Virus record (IMG/VR): IMGVR_UViG_3300025876_000005
Span: 1-64,000 of that record
Reading direction: 5' to 3' (one strand)
DNA length: 64,000 bases
Source: a virus
Shown: in pieces, positions 34,395 to 45,020 of the stretch
Position numbering within the stretch: the first letter of the stretch is position 1
How the letters are laid out: each line of letters opens with the position of its first letter
Program-made: the position numbers and the translations under genes
The notes under the pieces: model-generated
The model's database searches: none
What the model was told of the DNA's origin: nothing
What the model saw: the letters and a program-made list of their open reading frames with translations, nothing else

Positions 34395-36220
34395 TGCCAG
34401 CACTATGGCCTAAATTCATAACAGACGTTAGTAGTTACATTGCAAACGGCGATGCAAATGCTGGTGGACCAGGAGTTCTGAAAGGTCAAGATAGACCAGG
34501 CGCTGAGATTAACGCTAACTTTAACGTTAAAACATATGTACCACTTGTAACACCAAGTGGCCGCAGGAATTTTGGTGAAGCCTTAGCTGGCTTCTATTTA
34601 GATGCACTTAAGACTGCACAAACTCCATTTGGTGCAACACACACTCAATCACCAGCAGCACAAATCTTTATTAAAGCCTACGGTGAAATCTTTGAGCAGA
34701 TCTTTAGAAATGGTGAACCTTATTTAGTAGATCAAAAAGACGCAGACGGCAATGTTACAGAACAGGGCAAAGAATCTCTTGAGCCTTATGATGAAATGTC
34801 AACTGAGATTCCAGACCCACCGACTGAAGAAGAACTAGAAGCCGAACGCGAGAAGAAGTTCTGTCAGTTCTTAGAAGAAGAAGGGTCAAGGCTCTACACT
34901 TTCTCTTATTTCGAGTTTCACTGTATTGAGCCCAGCGACACACGGGCTCAGATTGAAGATATGTTTGCGAACAGGCTCTTACAACAGTTTGAGAAAATAA
35001 GCAGTCCAAACGAACGCTGGAGTTTCTTTGAATGGGTTTCATCTTTAGGTAAAATAGAATACCTAGGCTATAACTTTAGCGGGGTTAATTTAGGCAGTGG
35101 CTTTAGTGCACCTTATATTAACGTACATAACAATGTTAAAACAGGAATTGCAGCTGCTGGTTATAACTGGCAAACGTTGATTGATAACGTTTCAAACAAA
35201 GTAAGAAATGCTATTATGGCGGCACATCCTGTTGATATTTCTAGCTGGTATAGTGCTTTTGCTAATGTTGTAAATATCGATACTATCGACTCTGCAATTA
35301 AAAGACCTGCTGTTAATCCAATTCAAAAACCATGGCCCTTTGGAAATGATAGGCCAGAAAAGGAATTGAACCCAAAACGTATCCAAGTTTCTTATAATAG
35401 AGAATCTCCTAGTGAAAGGCCTAAAATATTGACAGATGCTGTTGTTGCCTTCTTTTCATGGAGACCAGATGTAAGAGTTTACTTACCATCTACCTTTACA
35501 GCTGGTAGTATTGATGCTTCTTCATTTACAGAGACATTAGCCGATGGTACACAAAGAATCCTAAGTAGATGGCAGAAAACACCGCTACATGTAGTATCAA
35601 CATATGTGGTTACTGAATATAAAAATAACTGGGTTAGAACACCAGATCCACAGTTAAGGGCTTTTAACTCAAGTAGCACATTTGCAGACTTTAAAGCTCT
35701 TAGCGGTGGTACTCTATTTGAGTTTGTTAAATGGCAAGGTGAACAGGCTGAAAATAATGCTGCTGCTTGTGAAGAAGCGCCTGTAGATCTACCGTTTGAC
35801 TACAGGTGCTATTCAGGTCTATCTATGGACAACGGTCTATTTAATACCGAGGATGGTACAGATCCATGGAAGCAACTTGCTTTAGCTACAATTGCTTATT
35901 GGTATAGTACATTAGTACAGCCTTTTAAGGTTTCGCCATCCGCTCTACCAGCTCTTATTCCAGCTCCACTTGGTGGTCTATACATTCCAATTTATTATGG
36001 TAGTGTAGATCGACTGGCAAATAACTTGAGAAGAGCTATGCACATGGGGCAGACTTTTTCACAAATACCGGCAACGCAGCCGCCGGCCATAGCTGTCGCT
36101 TCTGCACTTGCAGCTACATATGCTCTACATTTATTAGAGTTTAAATTACTCTACCTTGGTGGTATACCAACACCAATTGGTCCAGTGCCAATGCCAGGTT
36201 TTGTGCCCGTGGTTTTTTAA
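34394..36220 (+). CDS. Hypothetical structural protein
   Basis: 608-aa ORF translationally coupled to the spike gene. Confidence 0.5.
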   Translation: MPALWPKFITDVSSYIANGDANAGGPGVLKGQDRPGAEINANFNVKTYVPLVTPSGRRNFGEALAGFYLDALKTAQTPFGATHTQSPAAQIFIKAYGEIFEQIFRNGEPYLVDQKDADGNVTEQGKESLEPYDEMSTEIPDPPTEEELEAEREKKFCQFLEEEGSRLYTFSYFEFHCIEPSDTRAQIEDMFANRLLQQFEKISSPNERWSFFEWVSSLGKIEYLGYNFSGVNLGSGFSAPYINVHNNVKTGIAAAGYNWQTLIDNVSNKVRNAIMAAHPVDISSWYSAFANVVNIDTIDSAIKRPAVNPIQKPWPFGNDRPEKELNPKRIQVSYNRESPSERPKILTDAVVAFFSWRPDVRVYLPSTFTAGSIDASSFTETLADGTQRILSRWQKTPLHVVSTYVVTEYKNNWVRTPDPQLRAFNSSSTFADFKALSGGTLFEFVKWQGEQAENNAAACEEAPVDLPFDYRCYSGLSMDNGLFNTEDGTDPWKQLALATIAYWYSTLVQPFKVSPSALPALIPAPLGGLYIPIYYGSVDRLANNLRRAMHMGQTFSQIPATQPPAIAVASALAATYALHLLEFKLLYLGGIPTPIGPVPMPGFVPVVF

Positions 36221-36268
36221 GAAAATTAAACGGATATATAATATGTTACACCTTTAATATAAAAATAA

Positions 36269-37552
36269 ATGTCAAAAGAAAACAAAAGGACTAGAATCGG
36301 ATCGGCAACCGATAGTCAAAAATTAGGTCAAACACCTGAACAAAACGTCGAATCAAACAACATTTCAGAGGAGCCAAAAAATGAGCATAGTGAATTCTAT
36401 GATTCAGATGGTAATTTTATATGGGAAGCATATGAAGCTACTTGTGTTTCACACACAAGAAAACCTAACCCTCACATTAAAACACAAAAAGGTGACAAAG
36501 TTTACTCTCGAGAAGATTATGCTCAAGAGATGTACGACATGTTGCAGAACTCTGAAATCAACAGATCGATTAAATCTAGTGTTAAAATAGGTGAAATCCA
36601 CGAGGGTATTGTTTATGCAGTAACCCAAGATACAATTACAGTTGACATTGGTTACAGAGAATTAATCTATGTGAAAGCCGATAAAGAACCACAGAGTGTC
36701 AAAGAACTTACACCAGGTGAAGAAACTGCAGTTTTAATTACTAACACTGATAATGCCTTTATCTCAGGTTCTGTTTCAGGCGGTATTAAACAGAAAGTCT
36801 TTATGGATCTTAGAGACGGTGTTGAATCAGGCAATACTGCTTGGGTAGGTCTTGTTAAGAACATGATTGAAAACGGTGGTTACATTGTTGAAGTACAAGG
36901 TATTGAATGTTTCATGCCAGGTTCACTTGCGGGTATCAACAAGCTTGCAGACTTTGAGTCTATTGTTGGTGAAGAACTCTATGTGGTACCAGTATCTTTC
37001 TCTGCGACTAGAGGCACAATAGTTGTTTCACACAGAAAATACTTACAGGCATTAATCCCACAGGAGATTGAGAATATTAAAGAGAATGCCGGTGAAGAAA
37101 TCACAGGTAACGTAACAGGAACTGCTAAATACGGAGTCTTCGTTGAATTTAACAGATGTTTGACAGGTATGATTCACAAGAATGATCTAGACCCAGAAAC
37201 ATTCGAGAAGTTTAAGAAGCGTGAAATTATGCCGGCGGATGAAGTTACCTTTAAAGTAAAGGATGTTATCTCGAACACTAAGATTACTCTAACACAGATC
37301 GATAATGTACAAACTAGCCCATGGGATGATATTACTACAAGGTATAAAATTCCAGCTGTTGTTAAGGCTCAAGTAAAAGCCAAGAAAGACTATGGCCTTT
37401 TTGTTACAATCGAGGATGGTGTTACTGGACTGCTACACGTCAGTGAACTAGGCGAAGATATAATGAAAGTCTTTAACCCAGGTGATGACATTACAGTCAA
37501 GATTACTCGAATTGAAGAGGAGACCCAGAAGGTCTTTCTTAAATTACCATAA
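36269..37552 (+). CDS. Ribosomal protein bS1-like protein (four S1 domains)
   Basis: GEIHEGIV..VDIG; GGYIVEVQGIECFMPGS; YGVFVEF...GMIH; PWDDI...Y; DYGLFVTIEDGVTGLLHVSEL. Confidence 0.82.
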   Translation: MSKENKRTRIGSATDSQKLGQTPEQNVESNNISEEPKNEHSEFYDSDGNFIWEAYEATCVSHTRKPNPHIKTQKGDKVYSREDYAQEMYDMLQNSEINRSIKSSVKIGEIHEGIVYAVTQDTITVDIGYRELIYVKADKEPQSVKELTPGEETAVLITNTDNAFISGSVSGGIKQKVFMDLRDGVESGNTAWVGLVKNMIENGGYIVEVQGIECFMPGSLAGINKLADFESIVGEELYVVPVSFSATRGTIVVSHRKYLQALIPQEIENIKENAGEEITGNVTGTAKYGVFVEFNRCLTGMIHKNDLDPETFEKFKKREIMPADEVTFKVKDVISNTKITLTQIDNVQTSPWDDITTRYKIPAVVKAQVKAKKDYGLFVTIEDGVTGLLHVSELGEDIMKVFNPGDDITVKITRIEEETQKVFLKLP

Positions 37553-37602
37553 GCTACATATTTGAGCCGGATATATATCCAAACAAGAATATATCGAGCT
37601 CG

Positions 37603-38913
37603 ATGAATAAACTAAGTAGACAGTCTACAAGAGAGTCAATACTCAATGCCGCCTTAATGGGCATTGAATTTGAATTCTATTCAAAAAAGAACCTAGAAGA
37701 AACTCAAAAAATGCTTGAGGATCTTCTAGGTTTACCTATTAGTCTAGAAGAAAAGGCACACTCTGACTTTCAACCAACAGACAAACACTTTAAGATGGAG
37801 CCTGATATGTCAGGTGGTTCAGGCTTAATTGAGCTTGTGACTGGTGCGATGCCTTACCGTAATGCTAGAATTGTTATCATTAAGATGTTGGGTTGGATTA
37901 GAGAGCATGGTTATACAACAGATAGAGCTTCAATCCACTTAAACATGTCATTTGACAAGAAGTATCTTGAAGATCCGATGATGGTATCAAAGATGAACAC
38001 TCTTAAGTTTATCTTGGCCTTTAATGAAAAGCAGGTCTATAAATTCTTTCCAAATAGAGAGAACTCGGTTTACGCAAAGTCGATTAAGTTTGTGATGCCA
38101 AAGCATGAAGCGGCACACTTTAGCGCCGAGCACGTTAATCCAATGAACTTTGTATTTCCGGACACTAAATACTATGGCGTTAACTTCTTAAAGAAAGAGA
38201 AGAACTACCTAGAGTTTAGGTATATTGGTGGTAAAGATTATGAAGAGAGACAAGACGATATTCTTTACATGGCTGATAGATTTATTCTACAGCTCTTTAA
38301 GGCATGTTCTCAGACTGAATTTACAGCTGAAGATAAAATTGAGCTTAAGTATATCTTGAATAAGAACTTGCCAATTCTTGAGGCTTTAAAAGACCACAGG
38401 AACTTAAATAAGCACTGGCCCAAGATTAACCTCTTAGTCGATCTGCAAGATGACTACCAGATTATTAAAGTACATTGGGATAGAATTAAGAGAAGAGTAT
38501 TGGACTTAATTATCCATGGCTCTTTAGAAGAAGGTACTATCAACTACGACTCTGACTTTTCTTCAATTCAAGTTAAAGACGGTAAGATGTCGACTTGTTT
38601 CTTGGCTGAAAATTACGAGTTTATCACATCTGAAATTAGAGGTAATCTAATTAACTGTAATTTTTATGCGTGTAAGATAGAGGGTTCAGATCTACAGTAC
38701 TGTAATTTTTATCAGTCAACTGAGGTTAAAGAGTCCAAAATACAGTCTTCATATGTACATGGAAGCTGTAGTGCTGTTAACTGTTACGTTTTCGGTAGGG
38801 ATGGTATCTTTAAAGGCAGGATGGTCGGTGGTATATTTAGAGAGGGTAACGTTGGCCCGTATGCTAGATTTGACGATACGGAAATCGTAGTAAGTAAAAA
38901 AATAAATTCATAA
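37603..38913 (+). CDS. Putative amidoligase (COOH-NH2 ligase, Amidoligase_2-like) with C-terminal beta-helix-like repeats
   Basis: GIEFEF, IELVT, SIHLNMS, KYYGVNF, LEFRYIGG; C-terminal NCNFY/YCNFY/NCYVF repeats. Confidence 0.6.
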   Translation: MNKLSRQSTRESILNAALMGIEFEFYSKKNLEETQKMLEDLLGLPISLEEKAHSDFQPTDKHFKMEPDMSGGSGLIELVTGAMPYRNARIVIIKMLGWIREHGYTTDRASIHLNMSFDKKYLEDPMMVSKMNTLKFILAFNEKQVYKFFPNRENSVYAKSIKFVMPKHEAAHFSAEHVNPMNFVFPDTKYYGVNFLKKEKNYLEFRYIGGKDYEERQDDILYMADRFILQLFKACSQTEFTAEDKIELKYILNKNLPILEALKDHRNLNKHWPKINLLVDLQDDYQIIKVHWDRIKRRVLDLIIHGSLEEGTINYDSDFSSIQVKDGKMSTCFLAENYEFITSEIRGNLINCNFYACKIEGSDLQYCNFYQSTEVKESKIQSSYVHGSCSAVNCYVFGRDGIFKGRMVGGIFREGNVGPYARFDDTEIVVSKKINS

Positions 38914-38914
38914 A

Positions 38915-39754
38915 ATGAGTGAAATTAGAAGTGGTAATGAAAATGGTTTAACAACCCCTAGAGATTTTAGTGACGATTGTTTAAACGAGTTTCTAGATGA
39001 GATCGGTGATGAGATTACTGGTGCTTGTATGGTACCAGTTAATCTGCCTAAAAAGGAGATCATCAACATTATCAAGAGAGCTAAGAAATGGTTCTACAAG
39101 AAATATGAGGACTCTGTAAAGGAGAACTATTATCATATCCCGAAAGAGATTTTTGAGACTGAATATTTTAAGAAGCACAGATGTTTGACTCTGCCAGATG
39201 CTGCGGCTGACGGTGCGGGTAAAGTTTATGCTGTTTACGGTGTATATGATCTTGCAAGTGGTTGGAATAACATGGGCGGATCTGATTTAAGATTCCAGTC
39301 TGGTGCTGACTTCTCAATCGATAAGATGTTATTTAGAAGAATGTATGATGGTTCAGGACCTGCACAAGCAGCTGAAGAGTTACAATACTATGTACTTAAT
39401 GCTTCACTTGCCGATCTGTCAAGGCAGATTCTTGAGAATCCGATCTCTTTCCAGTACTCAAGATTAACTGGTGATTTAAAGTTCATGGGTGATACACCAA
39501 AAGGTGATATTATTCTAGAGGTTTATGAGACAATTCCAGACTGCGCTCTGTATGATGATGAGATCTTCTTTAGATATATTAGCGCAAAGATCAAACAATC
39601 ACTTGGTGCCAAATTGGGTATCTTCAAATTTGCTTTACCTGGTAATGTAGACTTTGATTATGATGCAATTAAATCAATGGGTGATGATGAACTTTCTGCT
39701 ATTGAAGAAGAAATCAAGGGTGATGAAGGTGTGGACTGGATGTTCCATAGCTAA
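38915..39754 (+). CDS. Neck/head-completion protein (T4 gp13-like)
   Basis: I.RAKKWFY, then LG.KLGIF...LPGNV.FDY..I...G..EL..IEEEI C-terminal pattern. Confidence 0.6.
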   Translation: MSEIRSGNENGLTTPRDFSDDCLNEFLDEIGDEITGACMVPVNLPKKEIINIIKRAKKWFYKKYEDSVKENYYHIPKEIFETEYFKKHRCLTLPDAAADGAGKVYAVYGVYDLASGWNNMGGSDLRFQSGADFSIDKMLFRRMYDGSGPAQAAEELQYYVLNASLADLSRQILENPISFQYSRLTGDLKFMGDTPKGDIILEVYETIPDCALYDDEIFFRYISAKIKQSLGAKLGIFKFALPGNVDFDYDAIKSMGDDELSAIEEEIKGDEGVDWMFHS

Positions 39755-39771
39755 AAGAGATACATATAAAG

Positions 39772-40128
39772 ATGGAATTGTACATTAAATATATAGGAGA
39801 TCCTAACTATGATCCAAATCAAGTTCATATTGAGAATGAAGTACAACAACTTATAACTCAAATTGAAACTACTCTTTTTACTGATAAAGGAGAAGTTTTA
39901 GGCGCTCCTGGTTTTGGCTGTAATTTAGAAGATTTGATATATTCATTACAGTACAATGAACAGCAATTGAAATCAACAATAGAAGGTCAGATAAACGCGT
40001 ATTGTCCACTGGCTAAAAAATATAACGTGAAAACCGAAATTAGCTTTTTACGAGGTACTGTGAGAGATGTTGCTTATATTGACATCACAGTTGATAATAG
40101 TTATCTTGTGCAGGTTTACGTAAATTAA
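39772..40128 (+). CDS. Baseplate wedge protein gp25-like
   Basis: LFTDKGEVLGAPGFGCNLEDLIY...QINAYCP. Confidence 0.75.
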   Translation: MELYIKYIGDPNYDPNQVHIENEVQQLITQIETTLFTDKGEVLGAPGFGCNLEDLIYSLQYNEQQLKSTIEGQINAYCPLAKKYNVKTEISFLRGTVRDVAYIDITVDNSYLVQVYVN

Positions 40129-40141
40129 ATAAATAAAACGG

Positions 40142-41968
40142 ATGGCAGATCTTAAATTTTTAAATAAGCTTAGAGTAACAGGTGCTCAGATTAAACAGGA
40201 TGCAAGAACATATATTTCTCGTATCTATAATCGTGCAGGTACCTTGTTCACTGAGGCCTCTCCTTTCGCACAGCTCTTAAATGTAATGAGTGAGATGAGT
40301 GAATTGATTATGTTCTACGTAGAAGATTCTTTAGTGGAACAGAATATTTACACGGCTCAACAGGCCGAGTCAATTTACGGTATGTCAAGACTAACTGGAC
40401 ATGATGCAACTAGAGGCTATGCTGCTTTTGGTGAAATTGAGTTTAGGTGGAAGCCGGGCGCTGATTTTGTTAAAATTGCAGGTACTGGTCTAACATTTGA
40501 TGGTAGAGCTGTTATTAAGTTCGACTCAAATGGTCTAAAGTACACTGTTCAAACACCAAGAGAAAGATTTAGAGTTGAGAAGAGTAATAAGAATAAATTT
40601 ACATGTGAAATTATACAAGGTGAATATGAATCACAAACTGTAACTGGGACTGGAGAGAATCTTCAGTCTTACAATATAAACGTTAGAGGATTAACTGACC
40701 ATAACAAAATTACAGTCTACGTAAACGGCGAAGTATGGACTAAACATGTTTCACTCTATGACATGAACGCTAATGAAAAAGCTTATATGGTTAAGACTGG
40801 AATTAGCGGCGGATTAGACCTTTACTTTGGTAACGGTTCTTTCGGTATGCCACCGGCAAATGGTGCCACAATCGAGATTGAGTATATTAAACACGGTGGC
40901 TCTAAAGGTAATTTGCCTGATGGTTCAGATCTAACTGTAAAATGGGAAACGGAAGGTGAGGATTCAATTGGAGAACTACATGACCTAAATGAATTCTTTG
41001 ATATAACAGTAACATCTTCTCCGAAGATGGGAGCAGATCGTGAATCAACTGATTTTACAAGGATTCTAACACCACTTGCAAGTAAGTCGTATGTGTTAGC
41101 CACTCCAGACAACTATGAGTACTTCTTATCTAAGTACAACCAGTTTTCATATATTGATGCTTACAACCGCACAGACGACCAGTATTTAGACGACGATAAC
41201 GTAGTTTACATCTTTGCAATGCCAGACTTTAAGAGAAAGTTAACTGCAGGTATGGATTATTTCTCTCTACCGCAACAAGAGATGTTCTTTACACAAAGCG
41301 AATATGATGCAATGTATCAGGTGTTGCAAAACTCAGGCCAGATGATGATGGCTGCTGAAGTTAAATTCGTAGAACCAATTGTCAAGAAGTATAGTATGGA
41401 TGTTGCAATCAGATACTTTGATGGCTTTAGTAAACAAGAGATTGCAAACGACGTAAGAGCAGCTATCTCAAATTATATGCTTAACATTACGAGAAGAGAT
41501 AAGCTGCCTAAGTCAGACATTGTCTATATTCTTGAAGAGATTGAAGGTATTGATTCGGTTAACGTAAGATTCATTAGCCAGAAAGAAGAAGATGCACTTA
41601 GATTGGGTTACTATGAGACTGTAACTACAACTATTCAGCCACAAGAACCAGTTACTCTTGAAAATATCGGTAACGGTAAACAAAAATATGTATTCTTCCA
41701 GAAGATTGAGGAGTCTAATCTAGTTAGAATTAACCCAGGAGATTCTATCCCAGACTCAGTTAGAGGCTTAGATCAATGGGGTGATATTATAATGGGCAAA
41801 GATGAAGTTGCTATCTTTAGAGGTGGTTGGTTAGACCGCGATGACGATCTTGTCGATGATGATGTAAAATTAAATGAAGAGGCTGCACTAAGTATAAACT
41901 TTGATGAAGCTCCTGTGCCTAGAACAATTTACACTAGAGTGCAAGCTGGAAATAGAAAAGCGTTATAA
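40142..41968 (+). CDS. Baseplate wedge protein gp6/baseplate-J-like
   Basis: EQNIYTAQ..ESIYG, IIQGE, VYVNGE.W, LYFGNGSFGMPP..GA.IEIEY, G.D.ES, LATPDNY. Confidence 0.78.
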   Translation: MADLKFLNKLRVTGAQIKQDARTYISRIYNRAGTLFTEASPFAQLLNVMSEMSELIMFYVEDSLVEQNIYTAQQAESIYGMSRLTGHDATRGYAAFGEIEFRWKPGADFVKIAGTGLTFDGRAVIKFDSNGLKYTVQTPRERFRVEKSNKNKFTCEIIQGEYESQTVTGTGENLQSYNINVRGLTDHNKITVYVNGEVWTKHVSLYDMNANEKAYMVKTGISGGLDLYFGNGSFGMPPANGATIEIEYIKHGGSKGNLPDGSDLTVKWETEGEDSIGELHDLNEFFDITVTSSPKMGADRESTDFTRILTPLASKSYVLATPDNYEYFLSKYNQFSYIDAYNRTDDQYLDDDNVVYIFAMPDFKRKLTAGMDYFSLPQQEMFFTQSEYDAMYQVLQNSGQMMMAAEVKFVEPIVKKYSMDVAIRYFDGFSKQEIANDVRAAISNYMLNITRRDKLPKSDIVYILEEIEGIDSVNVRFISQKEEDALRLGYYETVTTTIQPQEPVTLENIGNGKQKYVFFQKIEESNLVRINPGDSIPDSVRGLDQWGDIIMGKDEVAIFRGGWLDRDDDLVDDDVKLNEEAALSINFDEAPVPRTIYTRVQAGNRKAL

Positions 41969-42240
41969 TGGAAGCACCCTTTAAAGACTTATTAAGGTAT
42001 AAACGTAGAAAGATTTATGATGTTGCAAAGCACCGTAAAGACTCTAGACTTAATACTGGTTACGATTATAAGGACAATCTTTTTAATCTGATGACCTCGA
42101 AACACATTCGTAGAAATCAGATTATTAAAGAGTTTATGCTCTTTCTTAATGATTATTTTTATAATATTATTAAGGGCGTTAAGCACCTAAAAACGTTTAA
42201 AAATTACACAGTAGAAAAAGACGATACTAATGTACGATAA
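41968..42240 (+). CDS. Hypothetical protein
   Basis: ORF coupled to both neighbours. Confidence 0.55.
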   Translation: MEAPFKDLLRYKRRKIYDVAKHRKDSRLNTGYDYKDNLFNLMTSKHIRRNQIIKEFMLFLNDYFYNIIKGVKHLKTFKNYTVEKDDTNVR

Positions 42241-45007
42241 ACTAAGATTTTTTAACGGATTTGACTATGACATGAACATGGTCAAAGATGCTGATGGTAT
42301 CTGGCAAGGTAACGTCTATCTAGATGAAGTATCTGTTGGTCTCTACGAAACGGCTAACATTTTCTTATTAGAGGAGACTGGCTACTACTATGCGGGTCAG
42401 ACTACATCTGCTACAATGCCAGGTTTGATTCAGCCGATTGAAAATTCAGTTGGTTCAAAACTAGTTTGTAAATGGATTGATGAAAAAGGAACGTCTAGTG
42501 ATATTTTTATCTACGGTGCGGAAATGAAGAATGGCCAGCCCGTTATTACACACCATAAAGAGTTAACATTAGAGCCGCAGCTACAGTCGGTTGCACCTTA
42601 TAATGTTGTTGATGGTGTTAAGTATTATGAGAAGCTGGACTTTAAAAAATTGAGCAACCAAGCACTGCAGTTAAATGTAGCTTTAAGATCTAATGCTGAC
42701 GGACCACACAGGCGCGTCTTAGGTATTTATGATGTAGTTAATGGAATTGAGACACAAGTCGCTCAGATTGCATTCTATGGCGAAGTGGTTGCCGAAGACG
42801 AAAGACTTAGAACTTTACTACAAAATTTCGGCGCAACTCTAGATGAAGGAGACTTCCTACTCTTTAAAGAGCACGACATCTCGGAACAAAGCCCAGACTA
42901 TAAACTCTTAAACAGAAAGCGTAAAGAGCTCTTACTAGAGCTACATAATATTAAACCCTTCGTTGGTACTTACAAGGCAATCTTAAATGCGATTGACTTC
43001 TTTGGTTATAGCAATATAACACTAAAAGAATACTGGATGAACGTTGACAAGAGCAAACCTTCTTTTGGTAAACTCTTTGCGATTCCTGTCCCTAATTCTT
43101 CGGTGCGCGGTGAGATGTTGCGTAAGAAGTTGACGGTACAGATCCCTTCAAGTACAATGAAGAAGACTAGTCGTTTTAGCCTAGTCTACAGATTAAACGA
43201 GCCGAACGGTGGTGTTGACCAGTGGGATATTCCAACCGTTGATGAGATATTTGAGTATACACCGGATGAAATCTTAATCAAGCTCTATGGTTTAAAGCAG
43301 AAATTACAGCGTGAATATCTGCCATTAAATACTAAGATTGTAGATATTACAGCAGAAGGTGACTACTTTACTCAGAGAAACTTAAATGTATGGAACGTTC
43401 AGAATGAGATTGGTTTTATAAGTGAGGGTCATGATATTAAATTTAAGGTTGCGCCAGAAGGTAGAACTCTCTTTATTGAGGATTTGGGTCTAGTGCTAGA
43501 GACAACTTTAGATAAGAATAGTGCTGACTATCAAACATACTTAGGTTTTACACCAGCTGATTTTGCAATAGCAACTACATCTCAACTACAAGAACTCGAA
43601 GATATTTACAATGAGTTCTACGAGTACTACATTGAAAGAGACTTAAGGACGTTTAACCAGGATATTCCAGTTGGCTGTCCGGTTATCTTAGACGGTAGTG
43701 AAACTTTTAGGGACACTTGGTTCGACGGTGGTTTTACATGGGACGATGCTATTGACCCGAACTCACAGCTCTTAGTAACTTGGGATAACTGGTGGAAACG
43801 CTGGGTTTATGAAGTTGAATGGCTTGTAACTGGACCTAATGGTTTTAGCTTTGAAGTTCGCGGTGATATTGACAACTATCTAACAATGCCAATTATAGTA
43901 CCTTACGAAGGCAGCTATACGGTTGAGATGAGAGTTTATGACCTTTTTGGCCATCGATCACACTATAGAGAAAGAGATCTTTTTCAAGTTGAACTAAAAG
44001 ACGTTGAACTCTATGGAGTCTATAAGTGGTTAGACCCAGTAAGATGGAATGATAAAGGCTTAACTTGGAATAAGTCAGGTGGCTATTGGGATAACGCTCA
44101 AGACAGTAGTGTAACTGTAGACCAGGCAATTGCAAGTCTATCCAATACGCTAGACAGGGCTAATTATTTACACGATGAAAGCCAAGGTATTAGGTTTTCA
44201 ATGGTAAGAAGGTATAATGACACGTTAACTGAAACTGGTTTTTCAGAGACTACTGGGCCGTACCAATTTGATGAATCTAGGTTTAGATGGAGAGACACTG
44301 AACATCTTTCTTGGAATGCAACTAGGGTTGGTAGTGATTTGTCTGCATCTTTTAAAGTTTACGATATAGAGAATGGCGATGAAATTGCGATTGACTTTAA
44401 AGATCCAAATACTGAAGTTATTACAACAGGTTCACATGTGATTACAAGCAATACGGCAAGCTCGCCGGTTAACACAGCTCAATATGAAGCTGAATGGGAA
44501 GCAATTAGAGATGAATTAAATAACTCAACCAATCCAATCATTCAGAAGTTTAACTGGAACGCAGTTTTTCACGATACTAATGGTGACGGCTATGCTGATA
44601 CATTTTTGTATATGCTGGCTGTAGGTAAAGAGTACTCTAAGAATTATGACTTTGAGAGTGTTACCGTAACGCCAAATGGCGCAAGTGCTATTTTAGCCGA
44701 TGGAGAATTACACGTGGTTCACTATAATCCAGGTTTTGATGATACTAAGATTTTTAGAGAATATACTGAGGTTGAAAGATCAACTCACGTTACAATTGCA
44801 GCTGATGCTACTAACATGCCGGGTATTAAAAACCCAAAGTGGGGCATTGTAAACAGAAGCAACCCTGAAATAAATGATATATACTATGATAGTATGTGGT
44901 TAACCTACATATTCCAAGACCCAGGTACTTATGAGATTACACTTGAGGTTGAAGATACCAATGGTAACCACAACGTCGTCAAACGTAATATGATAAATGT
45001 AAAATAA
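42230..45007 (+). CDS. Large baseplate wedge protein (gp7-like position) with Ig/PKD-like segments
   Basis: GTYKAILNAIDFFGY pattern; GSYTVEMRVYD and PGTYEITLEVEDTNGN. Confidence 0.5.
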   Translation: MYDKLRFFNGFDYDMNMVKDADGIWQGNVYLDEVSVGLYETANIFLLEETGYYYAGQTTSATMPGLIQPIENSVGSKLVCKWIDEKGTSSDIFIYGAEMKNGQPVITHHKELTLEPQLQSVAPYNVVDGVKYYEKLDFKKLSNQALQLNVALRSNADGPHRRVLGIYDVVNGIETQVAQIAFYGEVVAEDERLRTLLQNFGATLDEGDFLLFKEHDISEQSPDYKLLNRKRKELLLELHNIKPFVGTYKAILNAIDFFGYSNITLKEYWMNVDKSKPSFGKLFAIPVPNSSVRGEMLRKKLTVQIPSSTMKKTSRFSLVYRLNEPNGGVDQWDIPTVDEIFEYTPDEILIKLYGLKQKLQREYLPLNTKIVDITAEGDYFTQRNLNVWNVQNEIGFISEGHDIKFKVAPEGRTLFIEDLGLVLETTLDKNSADYQTYLGFTPADFAIATTSQLQELEDIYNEFYEYYIERDLRTFNQDIPVGCPVILDGSETFRDTWFDGGFTWDDAIDPNSQLLVTWDNWWKRWVYEVEWLVTGPNGFSFEVRGDIDNYLTMPIIVPYEGSYTVEMRVYDLFGHRSHYRERDLFQVELKDVELYGVYKWLDPVRWNDKGLTWNKSGGYWDNAQDSSVTVDQAIASLSNTLDRANYLHDESQGIRFSMVRRYNDTLTETGFSETTGPYQFDESRFRWRDTEHLSWNATRVGSDLSASFKVYDIENGDEIAIDFKDPNTEVITTGSHVITSNTASSPVNTAQYEAEWEAIRDELNNSTNPIIQKFNWNAVFHDTNGDGYADTFLYMLAVGKEYSKNYDFESVTVTPNGASAILADGELHVVHYNPGFDDTKIFREYTEVERSTHVTIAADATNMPGIKNPKWGIVNRSNPEINDIYYDSMWLTYIFQDPGTYEITLEVEDTNGNHNVVKRNMINVK

Positions 45008-45020
45008 TAAACAAACAAAA

